In this document: one piece after another, positions 40,990-54,119 of the stretch
Numbering within the stretch: the first letter of the stretch is position 1
Layout of the letters: each line of letters starts with the position of its first letter
Assembly (NCBI RefSeq): GCF_006345805.1
Contig: NC_042998.1
Coordinates: forward strand, 65,720,001 to 65,784,000
Direction of reading: 5' to 3'
DNA from: Octopus sinensis
Lineage: Eukaryota
Length of the DNA stretch: 64,000 bases
Notes under the pieces: generated by a model
Databases searched by the model: none
What the model was told of the DNA's origin: nothing
Seen by the model: only the letters and a program-made list of their open reading frames with translations
Translations under genes and position numbers: made by a program

Positions 40990-41289
40990 TCTTTATATAT
41001 TAAAGTGAAGTTGTGTGAGTGTCTGTCTCCTACGATTTAGATTCCTAACTACTCCCACATTTTGCGGTGCAGTTTAACCAAAAGCGGGTATCTTATAGTC
41101 GTGATTCATATCGAGCCCTTCTGGGTATCAGTGCGCGTCTATGATTAGTTTACGATTTAAAACAAAATTTACCATCATTTTTTCCCATTTTAATGCATTT
41201 TTTGCTATTATATAAGGGAAGTAACTCTCTAAAGTGCTTATATAGTTATTTCCCTTACAAACCCGAGCATCGCCGGGCGATACTGCTAG
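40990..41289 (+). mobile_element. Non-autonomous Helitron (300 bp)
   Basis: Starts A|TCTTTATATAT, has the subterminal hairpin CCCG-agcatcgc-CGGG, and ends CTAG|T; inserted in an A/T dinucleotide with no TSD. Confidence 0.85.
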
Positions 41290-42494
41290 TTACTAATATA
41301 ATTACACAAAAAGAAAGGCTATTTTAAGATGGTTGATTAAATTTCTTTTCAAATACCTGTGTTATAAAATGTATTTCCCAAGATTTTAAATTTAATTAGA
41401 TTAAGACATCTAATATTTTGATTAAAGTGAAATTAAATATAGGGGAATAAATACAATCTAGATATGATTAAACTTTGACACAAAACGAGATATATCAAAT
41501 ACGGCAGTCTAACAGTTTTCAGTATTTCAGCCATTTAAAGAAGAGGTTATAAATTCAATACTCTCAGACGTACGTAATAAATGGTGAGGAATTATGTTAT
41601 CACATCGGTGTTAGTACACTGACGCACGCAACACATACACACATATGAACATTATATGCCGGTAAAATTGTGTATTATTGCCAGCATATCTCAAACACAT
41701 GACTTATTAGTATTCTGTATGAGTACGTGTGAATGGATAGAAATACTTTATTAAATCTTTAATTGTCGGTTACAATTGTTTCTGCACCACCTCTTCTTAC
41801 AACGTCACTTTACACAAATTTTGGAAATGAAAATTCATGTAATATTTCTGGATTTATTCATTAGCGTGGCACTTCATCAGACTCGAGTAATGGTGAGGTC
41901 TTGTACTGTGCATCTTTTAGGTTTTAATTTTCGGTTATGACGGGAGGAGACGAAAAGTAAATAAGGGAACGATAAGGGCAATCATTAGTAGTATAAAGAA
42001 CGTACGGGAGACGAAGAAGATAAAGAAGGAGAAAAAGAAAAAGGGAAGAGAAGAAGGAAGAAGAGGAGGGGAGGAGGAGTAGAAGAAAAATTAGAAGAAA
42101 GAGGTCATGACGACGACAAAGATGAACGTGGAAATAGTAAGAGAAGTACATAGACACCATTGTCAAATTGCAAATGATGGGTGAAAAAATGTTGCAGTTT
42201 ACCACAAAGCAACAACATTAAACAGGGAAATGTGAAAGGCTGGTGAAATCAACATAAGAACAATAATGGCTACAGTACTCCCATAGTCAGAAGTGACTAT
42301 TAGAGTACTGTAGCCATAATAATGATACTACGCTAGTGTTGACAGTCCAATCTCGGGTTCAGTGCTTTCGTTGTAATACTCAATTTTTATACCATACTAG
42401 GACATTATATACACACACACTCACAATCCCACACACAGTCACGCACACACACACGCACACTAACACGCACACACATTCACACACACAGTCACCC

Positions 42495-42534
<40 letters not shown>

Positions 42535-42555
42535 TATATATATATATATAATATA

Positions 42556-42692
42556 TACGACGGGCTTCTTTCAGTTTGTGTCTTCCAAATCCACTTTCAA
42601 GCCTTTAGTGGACCCGAGGCTAAAGTAGAAGACACCTAAGCAAGGTGTCACGCTGTGTGACTCAACTGGGAATCATGTAGTCAGTAAGCCAG
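42556..42692 (-). mobile_element. SINE family A head, degenerate
   Basis: gggcttctttcagttt...ccaaatccact...agtagaagacac...aaggtgtcacgc matches the family A head in reverse. Confidence 0.7.
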
Positions 42693-42704
42693 ATTTTTTC
42701 TATT

Positions 42705-42924
42705 ACTTTTTTCAGTTATTAGAATGCAGCCATGCTTGAGGACTGACTTCAAGAAATTTAGTTGATTGAACTGACCCAAATACATTTTTGTATTACTTTT
42801 AAAACTTAATAACAATTCTATCAGTGTATTTTACCGAAACGCTGAGTGCGTGTAACGTAAACACACGAACACCGCTTACCAAATAGTGGCAAGCGAGAAA
42901 ATCAGATAAACACAAATACACACG

Positions 42925-42993
<69 letters not shown>

Positions 42994-43160
42994 ACACGCG
43001 CACGACGCGCTTCTTTCAATTTCTGTCTCCAAAATACACGCACAAGTGTTTGGTTTGCCCCAGAGTATAGTAGAAGACACATGGCCAAGTTACTAGGCAG
43101 TGGGGCAGTGGGACAGAACACGAAATCATGTGGTTGGGAATCCAGTTTCTTAAAACAGCC
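42705..43160 (-). mobile_element. Old full-length SINE family A copy
   Basis: Tail-like 42705-42915, (CT)(CA) microsatellite, head-like 43005-43160. Confidence 0.6.
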
Positions 43161-43624
43161 ATTTCTGCATCTCGAATCATTTATTGAACAAGAAGAAATC
43201 CACATATTGCTATTTCCGGGATGTTGTCAGCAGTTAATTTAGAATAAATCGTATCTTGTTAGCGAGTCTGTTCAGTATTGACATTCACCTCCATTTCGAG
43301 GTATAATCACCCCTTTTGGCCGTCTACGTCCACAGGCTTCAACTTCGAAATTTGAAGGAGTACGTCGGGTTTACTGTGGACTTTTCTTCTTTAAATAAGA
43401 CCACATGTGTACTAAATGATTATTAGCCATAAACATATCTCGCTGAATATTTTTATGACACAAAGCCTTAATCGGACTGCGAAAAATGTCATAGAATGTG
43501 CACACCTGCACGCACGTATGCATATTTCATACATCATATATATACATAGATATGTATATAGATATATAGATATATAAACACACACATACATATATGAGTG
43601 TATGAGTGTATATAGTTGTGTGCG

Positions 43625-43658
<34 letters not shown>

Positions 43659-44339
43659 CATATCTATATATATATATATGCGTATGTGAGTCTATATATT
43701 TGTGTATATATATGTGTGTGTGTGTTTGTGTGTGTGATGACAAGAAAACCAAAGGTTATATGTACATTAGTAAGGAAAAAAACAGAAAACTCATTTCGTA
43801 TTTGATGCATTCGGTAAATTATCTAGAAGGATTACATATACGTTATCAAGGAAGTTACACGAGTGTCTTAATTCCCCTTTAGTGTTCACAATATTAGTGC
43901 ATATAGAAATAAAGGATAAACAGCTGCTCCAAATAAATATATCTTTGGCGGAAATCTAATAACAACATGTTTAGGGTATAATAACTTAGCAAATATATTA
44001 AGAAAATCACGCAAAACCCATCACACACACACATATACATAAACAAATCTGTGATTGTGTGTCGGTGAGATATAAATGCTCACTTACATACACATCTAAT
44101 GTAGGATAAAGTTTTTCAAACAAATTTTATCAATGACCGGCATATTAAAAAATACATATAAAGGTTAAATTTATAAACAACTTATAAATAAGGGCAAACG
44201 AAAAAATTCTAATGCCAAATATGCCGAAACTAGAAACATTGTCCATAACCATATAATTTATCACAATAAGCACGCTAATCGAAAAAGGTGGACAGAAATT
44301 TCTAAAAAAATCTAATTTTTTAGAAATTTCTGTAACCCA

Positions 44340-44610
44340 TTAAAAGGTTTGCAATCCCTGGAGCAGCTCTGGCTCCCATTGCAATTTCACATTTTTTGTC
44401 GATAGTAAGTAGTATCGAACATGAACTAGTTGTTCAGCCGGATGAATTTGAGTGCTGCGATTATGAATCTGTGGTTAATGCGTCTTGGGATCTCTTATGG
44501 GCATTTTGCTAGCCAGGTGATTACTTCTACACTATTGTCGTGTGGGATACAAATTCAGCACATCGAATGATACTAACAGGGTTGACTTCCTTTACTATCT
44601 TCGGGAGGTG
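44340..44610 (-). mobile_element. Penelope-like element reverse transcriptase fragment
   Basis: Minus-strand translation with frameshifts: SFDVLNLY / IPHDNSVEVITWL..EIPRRINHRFIIAALKFIRLNN*FMFDTTYYRQK / CEIAMGARAAPGIANL, corresponding to PLE RT motifs A and B'. Confidence 0.8.
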
Positions 44611-44723
44611 GTTCAGCATGTCTGATAAAGCTTTTCATATATTTTATATATTTTCACATATAGATACATATATACATATATATAAACACAAACTCACACA
44701 CACTCACAAACACACACACACGC

Positions 44724-44781
<58 letters not shown>

Positions 44782-45474
44782 CATACATACTTCGTACACG
44801 TACGTATGTCTGGAGTGAGAGAGACACACCCACGCAACACAAAATAAATCAGACATAGAGAGAGGGAGGGAAAGCGAAAACCAGAGAGAGAGAGAGAGAT
44901 CAGTCAAATGTGGTGCAATGTAGAAACATTGTCAATCATAATGTTCGATAGGTAGCACTTGAGTGAAATAATTTATTATAATTACAATGCGGACTAAGGC
45001 ATCAACTTTCATTTGCTTTGCTTATTCAGTATCACTTCCTACAGAGACCATAAAATTTTGTATATCTTTCTGTGTTTGTTTTTACAGTGCTAAACTTCAA
45101 TTATATCTGTCTAAGGGAAATTGATAAGTTTTTTTTTTATGCTTTTTTTTCCTTTGTATCGGTTTTTGGCATAATAGTGACGTTTGTGTTTTTGTCACTT
45201 TTGTGACAGATATCACTTCAGTCTTATGAAAAATTGGGATAAATTATTAGTCCAACGAACACATCGTTTCGAATAATATATGCTTATTAACTGGACAATA
45301 ATAAAGCCGAGATATACCATGAATTTATTTGTGTCTGTGTGTGTGCGCGCCCGTGTATGTGCTTTTGTATGTATGCATATATATATATATATCCACATAA
45401 ACATATATGTATTATGTAGATATTCATAGAAATATATGTAAATGCATATATGTTTATGTGTGTATATACATATA

Positions 45475-45558
<84 letters not shown>

Positions 45559-46502
45559 TATATATATATCAGACGGAGTGAAAGACGTATAAAGAGTTTG
45601 AACGCTAAGTACTAAAATCTTTATTTTCGTGTGAAAATATTTCCTTGGGGAGTTAGCTTCTAGTTTTGATGTTAAAGCAACGTTTGTCACAAACTATATA
45701 AAGCCACATTTATTTTATTTTGTTTTGTTTGTTTTTGTTGCTCTTTATTTACGTGAAATGACTTTGTTAAATCTAAAGAAGATTGACATTTTCTAATATT
45801 CGTAGATCGCTGGTGTCCGATCAAGGGAATAGCTGGGCGATAGAGTTGGGGGAGGGGTTAAAATTATATAAACATGGACAAAAACTTATAGAATTTTTCA
45901 AACTGGCATATTTGACGCACCCTTAGGAATTGCAGTATAACTTTTAGAGATATCAATATATTAACCAAGACGTCAACGAAACTAATAAGAAGAATTTATT
46001 AATAGATGTTGAAACAGACGTCTGGTACATATACAAAGTTGTTAATTGCAATTACAAATTAATCAGTAACTCTTAAGTGTTAAAAACTGAATACAATACA
46101 GAATGGTCACGCAGTGATTTTAGCTTAACTTTTGTAAATGTAACAAATAAATATTTATTTTAATTCTCATAATATCACTAGACTGAACTTATTACGGAAA
46201 TATGCCGTTTTGAAGCTTATATTTGCTGTAATAATTTTACCCGCAGAGAAGAATTAACTCGCCCCAGCTCATATATTTGTGTATATAGTAATACGTAAAA
46301 TAAATACTCACGCGTTATTAAAGAAATTATGAAGTAATTTTCGAGAAATTTGATTTAAAGATCTAGAAAATCACTACAAAGCCAAACGCATATATAGACA
46401 TTTTCTCATTACAGTTCTATATTTGAGAGATGAGGAATTATGTACAATAATGTACATTATTTACGTTTGATGGATATTTGTCCTCGTCTTGTTAGTTGTT
46501 TT

Positions 46503-46544
46503 CACAACGTTTCGGTTGATATACCCTCCAGCCTTCACCAGGTA
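46503..46544 (-). ncRNA. Hammerhead motif, left arm of the composite element
   Basis: Reverse complement: tac-CTGGTGA-a-GGCTG gagggtatat CAACC-GAAAC GTT-gtg. A6 is changed to G and stem II has one mismatch. Confidence 0.55.
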
Positions 46545-46738
46545 TCTTGGGGATATGGTGTCACGGATATATGGCGCAGTGGTTAAGAGCAGGGCCATTA
46601 AGCACAAGATTCTGAGTTCGATTCCAAGCAGTGACCTGAAAAATAATAATAATAAGAAGAAGAAGAACAGCAACAACAATAACAACATCGAAAATACCTT
46701 AGAAATGAGAACCCAGGTTCGAAATTTCCACGCGACAA

Positions 46739-46771
46739 CTGATGACGGCTGGAAGATATATCAGCCGAAAC
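46739..46771 (+). ncRNA. Hammerhead core, right arm of the composite element
   Basis: CTGATGA-c-GGCTG gaagatatat CAGCC-GAAAC. The downstream stem III and cleavage segment appears deleted relative to the left arm. Confidence 0.55.
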
Positions 46772-46890
46772 AAGAAACAAGATGAGGACAAATATCCGTC
46801 AAATGTAAATAATGTAAATAATTTTCTCATTAGCTCATGTTTCGTATGTATGGTTAGTTTGTAAATATGAATTCTACAATTCATAGACTA

Positions 46891-47048
46891 AGGAGTGGCT
46901 GTGTGGTAAGTAGCTTGCTTACGAACCACATGGTTCCGGGTTCAGTCCCACTGCGTGGCACCTACGGCAAGTGTCTTCTACTATAGCTTCGCGCCGACCA
47001 AAGCCTTGTAAGTGGATTTGTTAGTCGGAAACAGAAAGAATCCCGTTG

Positions 47049-47085
<37 letters not shown>

Positions 47086-47316
47086 ACGTGTGTGTATATG
47101 TTTGTGTGTCTGTGTTTGTCCCCCGACATCGCTTGACAACCGATGGTGGTGTGTTTACATTTACGTCCCCATAACTTAGTGGTTCAACAAAAAGGGACGG
47201 ATAGAATAAGTACTAGGCTTTCAAAGAATAAATTCTCGTGTCGATTTGCTCGACTACAGGCGGTGCTCCAGCATGGCCACAGTCAAATATCTGAAACAAG
47301 TAAAAGAGTAAAGAGA
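46891..47316 (+). mobile_element. Full-length tRNA-derived SINE family A
   Basis: A-box-like TGGCTGTGTGG, B-box-like GGTTCAGTCCC, a central (TA)(TG) tract, and a tail ending ctgaaacaagtaaaagagtaaagag. Confidence 0.9.
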
Positions 47317-48734
47317 AAGTAATTATAAAAAGCAAAAATAACTTTCAGTTTTCCCGTTATGAATAATGTACACGTATACATGATATACATATGTGCGCGT
47401 GTGTGTAAGTGTGCGTGCCCCTATGTGAGAGAATAATTACTTTTATATAAACACTTTGAAGAATTATGAGCATCAAACTCCTTTCAAACACATCTTTAGG
47501 CTGTACTAATATAATCATTCATTCAAAGAATCCAGCTTCCGTAAAATTGTTACATATTTTTCAGTGTGTTATTCGTTAAAGAATGTATGACTTAAACATA
47601 TAAGTTATCCTGTTACGAATAGCATGAAGCCATTTTATATAAAGTCAATGACGATAATTTTACAGTTTTTTAACGTTCACACTGCATGCACAATGCTAAT
47701 AATAGTGCGAGATTGTGAAAATTGATATTTGTTTAAATGAAACGAAACAAATTTGTCATGTACATATTTCCAGTACTTACATGGGGAATGTGAGCGTGGT
47801 TTTACTAGCTACAGTATGGAATTAAATATGCAATATTACGTCTGTATGTTCTGGTTATATTTAGCCTCCCGTTTTTGATATTATAAAGCATCAAATTATA
47901 GATAATATAAATATTCGTTAGCCTAAATTCTCGTGGGGTTTACAAATTTTAAGTCATAGGATTGTTATCTTTCTCTGAACAAAACAATACAGATGAAATT
48001 AAAGTAATATTATGTAACACTCGACTCATTTACAGAATGATCTATAGAAGATTTGCGTATTTATTTCATGCATATCCAATTATTTCACAACGCCGTTTCC
48101 AACCGCAAAAGAGAAATACGTATAGTTTTGGTATGTCTGTGAATGAAAATTAATTAGCAGTAACTATTTCAACTGTGCAATTGATAAATATTGGGCAAAG
48201 CAATCAAAACACGCATGTATGAATATGTAATAAATACATAATGTTATAACCTTATGCATAATAAATTCAAACACCTGATATATAAATATGAGCGTGCGTG
48301 TGTGTGTGCATGTGTAATTCTTTTGGACTTATGGGTATATGTCGATTAGTGTGTGGAGAAAAGCACGTTCAAAGTTTGGGCTTCTTGGTGTCCTCCACGG
48401 TTGGGATATATTTCCGTTGGATCTACTTCAGAAATTCCCACTAAGAAATGTTCTCAAGAAAAAATTAGCAAAACAAACGAAACGTAATCGAGCAAGACAA
48501 AAGAAAAAGCAATAAAAACATTGATTATTCGCATACATGTTTAACTATTAACATATTACGTAATTTTACTTACCTAAATGTCCGTCGATCATTGGTGCGA
48601 CCGTCTAGATAAATATAATTTGCAGGACTGCATACTAGGACGTCCGCACCAAGTCAGAATTGTAAACAGTTCTACCCATTCGAAGTTAATTAAATTAATA
48701 TCTAATTTCTCACCCTCATTTTAAATTTAAATAT

Positions 48735-48784
<50 letters not shown>

Positions 48785-49453
48785 ATATATATATACACGT
48801 TTTGCCAAGAGGCCTTATCAGAAAAGTAATCCTAGTCTTGTGTATCTAATTATTAGAGATATAAGTAGAATGACAGAAATATAATGAATGAGAAAAGGAT
48901 ACACTAAAGAAGTGTGTGGAGGCGCAGAATGTGAAGGTGTAGACGTTTCCGAAGATGATATAGACAAGTAATGTGTGTATGAATGGTCATGAAGTGTTGT
49001 CTGGCGCCAGAGAGACTGAGGGCAATGAGCAAGATGGTAATGGTGAAGGTGAATGTGGACTTGGTGTTGGTAGGGCGAAGTGGAGAACATTGGAAATGAT
49101 AAAGAAAGTGTTGTAAGAAAAGGAGAAGTGGGATGGTGATTGATTATAATGGCTCGGGAAGTGTGAATATATCGCATACATGTAAACCAGGAACGAAAAC
49201 ATATTCATTCACACATATTTTGACACATAAGACAAATATAACTAAACTTCGAAAAGACGAAGGCGACATGATGAAAAAGTTGCATCAAAATATATGTTAG
49301 GCTAGATAAAGTATACTGAAAATACAAAGGTAATATTATAAGTAAGAAATTAAATAGATGATCAATGCTCACTGTATCTCTGTAGACGTGCTTCTTTTCT
49401 ATAAGCTTTGCTCAGTCTGTGTGCCCTCATGCATATATAATAGTCATGCTTAT

Positions 49454-49487
<34 letters not shown>

Positions 49488-50689
49488 ATATACATATATA
49501 TATATGTGTGTGTGTGTGTATGTGTGTGTGCATCATATGTCCTTGCAGAAGTGTATGAAATAAGCATTTCTCTGTTTATATTTATATTCATCCGGAATGT
49601 ATATATATATGCGTATGTACAAGCGAAGTTTTATTCATGTGTGTATACATACACGCATACACACACACACACATATATACAGACTCACAGACATGTTCAA
49701 GTGCATACATATATGCCCAAATATGTATGTATGTATTTATGTAGAAGTCTATTTCTATTACATATCTATTTTTTATATCAATCTATCAATATTTGTATGA
49801 ATTGATCTTTCGTGAAGCAGTTCTTATTCCACTCAATTGTACTTGTATTAATTCTTTGTATTCTTGTCCTCCTGTTTTATCTGTTCTTTTCTTTATCTTA
49901 GTGTTATTTTATTATTTTCATCGCGTTCAATCTTTATACTTATTGTTTTTCCATTGAAACTTTCACTCATTTCGTCACCCACCTTTGACTGCAGCGGCAT
50001 ATTTCTTTTATGTGTGTGTTTGAGTGTGTGTGTGTGTGAGTAGTATATGTGCATGTATGAATGTGTGCGTACGAGTAGGTTTATATAACTACGTTATTCC
50101 TGTCTGCCTGAGTACTTGTGACCAACCATCCACCAATGATTTTCTTCATTGCAGCACAACTTTCTCCACAACCAACAGTCACCTCTTCATCGGCTCTTCC
50201 CAAACAAGCACAACATCTGCTCTCCAGCTTCCATCTTCTTTATGGGACTCACTGACGCCAGTCTCTGCTGAAATACCATTCATAGATTATCATCAACATT
50301 AGCATCTCTAAATACGTGTGCCTCATTTTTAGTATTTAACATCATGCTTACATCACACAGCATGCAACTATTGCCGTATCATTGTCTTCATATACAGGCC
50401 TGTATATATTCATGCATAAATGTGTGGTGTGTTTGTTTGTGATTGTGTGTGGTGGGGGGGTATTTGTGTTCGAGCGCGCTTGTGTGTGAACATTGCTAGT
50501 TGGGACACCGTATTTTGTTATGACTGTACACCCATTAATTATTTCTCTAGCACCCATCGCACTGTTTACGTAGACGTATTCGTATGCAAATCGCCGTGAA
50601 TTTCAGTGCTAGCTCGGCTCTGATCTCTATAGAACATCTTCAGCAATAATAATTCTAAAATACTGATAATATACATATATATATATATA

Positions 50690-51237
50690 TATATATAAAA
50701 CATCCGTTCCGTCGGTTTGTGTGTGTGTGTGTGTGAGTCTTCTAGGATCTCGGGCATCCTCCATCTGATTGCACCGAAAGTTGATATGTAGATACCGACG
50801 GTATCAGGGCGTATATAAGTCTTGAAATAATTACAAAAATCAATTCCAGGTGAGAATGCGAACAATAAAGCCGCGAGAAGATGCATTTGTACGCACAGGC
50901 ACATCAGCGGTTGCAATCGATTCAACGCGTACGCGAGAAAAATGCACGTGCAGTTTGCGCTCCAAAAAGCCATCTGGCTTGAAATAATGCCACAAAATGC
51001 AGTATATTTAAGAGACCAAAAAGTAATATGCAAAAGAGATATTTTCTTCAAACTTGGCATGAAGGAAGGAAAGCCTATTTGGTTTCTCAAGATTTTTTTT
51101 TTGCCTTAAGTTCGTTTAACAAAACAAAAAAATTTATTGAAATAAAGGCATGCTTAATTATTTTGTAATGAAAAGAAATCACTGATTGCTTTTTATTCAG
51201 CAGATATGATTCAGCACCGTCCATTGGCATTATGCTC

Positions 51238-51279
<42 letters not shown>

Positions 51280-51447
51280 ACACACACTTCGTTGATATAG
51301 TTCAGTAGTGTACAGAAAGGTTGCATCTGTAAGGGTTAATTCCTTGAGAGGTGAACGATCTGATTTCAAATCATATCAGTAGAGACTGAAAGTTGAATAC
51401 GAGAGCTTATTTCTTTTTCACGCCTTTGTCTCTGATATTCCATTCTT

Positions 51448-51481
<34 letters not shown>

Positions 51482-51760
51482 ACCTTAACAAAAGTTTGCA
51501 CGGCAATGTGACGACGCGAGGGATCTCTTAATCTTCATTTTCACCGGAAATGTCATGATTTCAGAAATGCTGTATTAACATGTTACTAAACATGCCAGAT
51601 CACTTGATCACAAATTACACTTTAGGCTATGTACTCGAAAATGGCCTCTAGAGGTTGTAATTAAAGAAGATATTAAAACACAGAGATGTACCTACTGAGA
51701 CAGGGACATTAAATTCTAGCCAATGGGTCTGCCTGGCCACAGCTTGTGAGCTTATACTAG
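50690..51760 (+). mobile_element. Probable Helitron-derived sequence
   Basis: TATATAAAA followed by (TG)n and ctcgggcatcctccatctgattgcaccgaaagttgatatgtag (typical of a Helitron-N 5' region). Candidate 3' end is the hairpin CACA-gct-TGTG followed by ttataCTAG|T at 51760. Boundaries are uncertain. Confidence 0.4.
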
Positions 51761-51769
51761 TTCAATTTA

Positions 51770-51800
<31 letters not shown>

Positions 51801-51872
51801 ATATATATATATATAAAGTTGAAATGTACAAAAAACGAAAGATGAAGACAGGTTTATGAACAACAGGCATGT

Positions 51873-53060
51873 ACTTTGATACTTTGATAGGCCATGTCTA
51901 ACTTAATTACACCACCTGGTGAAGTCTTTCAAGTCAGAATTTGGGCACTATAGCCCACTCAAGTAGAGAGTTATTGTTTACACAGACATATCCGGGTGTA
52001 GGAGGTTTATCCGGGATTTCTTGAAGGAAACTGTTCAAAGACTTCTTGAACCCTATAGGGTCTGTTTCTGTTTTAATGTGTTTTGGTGTAATGTTAAAGA
52101 GAGCGCGGCCAATTGAGGTGAAATAATTGTGCCGTATTGTTATTATGAGATGATAGTGCGATTTTTGTTGTGGGCGGATGGCACGGGACCAAAGCCTTGG
52201 ATGTACCTTAAAGGTGATGCCAACATCATTTGTGCAATGCTGATAGAATATTTTCCACATCATGCAGATGAGGTAGCGCTCACGGCAACGTTGGAGAGAA
52301 TAAAGTTTTAGCTTTTCTAGTCGACCCCAATAGTCGAGGCCTGTCATGCCATCTATCTTTTTTGTGATTGACCTTTGAGGTGCTTCAACTTTTATGATAG
52401 TTTGTTTTGTGTGGGGAGACCACAGTGGACAACAGTATTCAAGGTAGGGTCGGGCAAATGTGGAGAAGAGAAGGATAATGGTGTGGATATCTCTCGACTG
52501 GAAAGTTCTGAGAATCCAGGAACACATTCTGCGGGCTATGTCAACTTTGGTGTTTATATGAGTGGCCCACCTTATGTTGTTGTCCACAATTACTCCCAAG
52601 TCTCTGATGTTGTTGGATGCCACGAGAGTTTCACCTGAAGGAAGGGAGTATGTGAGTTTCAGGGCATCTTCTTTTCCAAAGTGGATTAACTCGAATTTAT
52701 CCTCGTTCAGCAGCATATTGTTCTTTTCTGCCCATTGGATAACAGCCAGTAGATCTGACTGAAGGCATGTCCGGTCACTCGCCTCATTTATGACCTTCTG
52801 GAGCATGGAATCATCTGCAAAGATTTTTATGTTGCTGTGCTTGATGATGTCATTAATGTCATTAATGTAGATGGTGAAAAGAAGTGGGCCCAGCACAGTG
52901 CCTTGCGGAACGCCACTACTGACATTTGCTGGGCTTGATTTTACTCCTCCAACTACAACATGTTGAGATCTGTCTGTAAGGAAACACTTGATCCATTTCA
53001 GTAACTTTCCAGAGACACCAATGTTGGATAGTTTTTTCAATAGGATCTTGTGATCAACCC
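51873..53060 (-). mobile_element. 5'-truncated copy of the 27.7-32.4 kb LINE family
   Basis: The open RT C-terminal ORF (VDHKILLKKL...GVPQGTVLGPLLF...FADDS...EWAIVPKF*) is nearly identical to 31145-32340 and carries the (ATCAAAGT)2 tail. Confidence 0.95.
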
Positions 53061-53408
53061 AAATAGTTTCGCGCTCGGTAATGTGACCATAGAAGCATGT
53101 GACGTAGCTCACGCGCTTATGCACACACACATGAACACACAAATTTATATATATGAATTTATATATCAAGAACATGGAAAAACCATGTTTTAATTATAAA
53201 TTATGACATTTCTGTGCTGTGGTAACAACATAAACATTTTTATATAAATTCTATACGCTAACGAATTCCACATGTTTGCATATTTCAAGGAATGACACTG
53301 ATGTATGATGGCATATGATAGCCGTGTAGGAATGTAGGAGCTTTTAAATGCTCCGTATGAGGTTATTGCCCAGTTAATATCATTTATATATATATATATA
53401 TATATATA

Positions 53409-54119
53409 TAAGTTTAACAATTAAGGATAACCTCTTAATAAGGGATCTTAACAAGAAATTATCGGGTAGTTAGCGTGAAAACCTCATAAAAGAAAAGAAT
53501 TCGAAAATAATTTTTTTCTTTTGAACAAATTAATTATATCTATATTGTATAGAGGGCATTATTACACATAAATGCCTCACACTAAGAGGGACAAAGTCAT
53601 TACTACCCAGTCATTATGTGTAATAATGCCCTCTATACAATATAGATATAATTAATTTGTTCAAAAGAAAAAAATTATTTTCGAATTCTTTTCTTTTATG
53701 AGGTTTTCACGCTAACTACCCGATAATTTCTTGTTAAGATCCCTTATTAAGAGGTTATCCTTAATTGTTAAACTTATTCCGAAATACTTTTTATTACCCG
53801 ACATGCAGTTCGTAAAAAGCCCGCCATTTACCGGATATATGATTTATAAACATTCCATGTGCTTGGCCGGAGTGAGCAGTTGTCTGTTCGTCTTCGCTAC
53901 GTAAGGTTGGTAGTTTATTTATGATGTGTTCAGAATCAGTTCTGCTGAGGATCATAAGACGTAAGTTGAATGTGAAATCACGGTGATACAGAACTAAATT
54001 CATTTTTTAAATGTCTTGCTTTGAAAAACTGCATTTAGGTATGATTAGTATAATTTTGGTAGTAATGACTTTGTCCCTCTTAGTGTGAGGCATTTATGTG
54101 TAATAATGCCCTCTATACA

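Larger units (their letters stand above)
46412..46836 (+). mobile_element. Composite element: inverted hammerhead module + tRNA-like Pol III head + (AAT)n + hammerhead module
   Basis: The left arm (46412-46552) is the reverse complement of the right-hand module. A-box TGGCGCAGTGG at 46572 and B-box GAGTTCGATTCC at 46615. A homologous copy lies at 59971-60386 (-). Confidence 0.8.

Noticed and set aside
41850-41885. Minus-strand CTGATGA at about 41874
   Set aside because: No properly placed GAAA or enclosing stems.
44203-44236. ctaatgccaaatatgccGAAACTAG, hammerhead-like
   Set aside because: The core and stem II are too degenerate, and there is no second copy to support it.
46565-46635. tRNA gene call for the A/B-box segments here, at 60230-60300 and in the SINE heads
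   Set aside because: No complete cloverleaf or acceptor stem, and each is embedded in a repeated element; treated as tRNA-derived heads.
48860-49200. Gly/Glu-rich plus-strand frames and H/S/P-rich minus-strand ORFs
   Set aside because: Purine-rich low-complexity DNA that needs frameshifts to join; most likely a decayed simple repeat.
50182-50302. Plus-strand terminal exon after a pyrimidine-rich acceptor (ttttcttcattgcag, near 50151)
   Set aside because: All three frames stop within about 50 codons, the sequence is low-complexity and C-rich, and no partner exon was found.
53690-53740. TTTATGA-GGT...ACC-CGATA as a hammerhead in the foldback arm
   Set aside because: It needs several core substitutions, and the arms are identical so they give no independent evidence.
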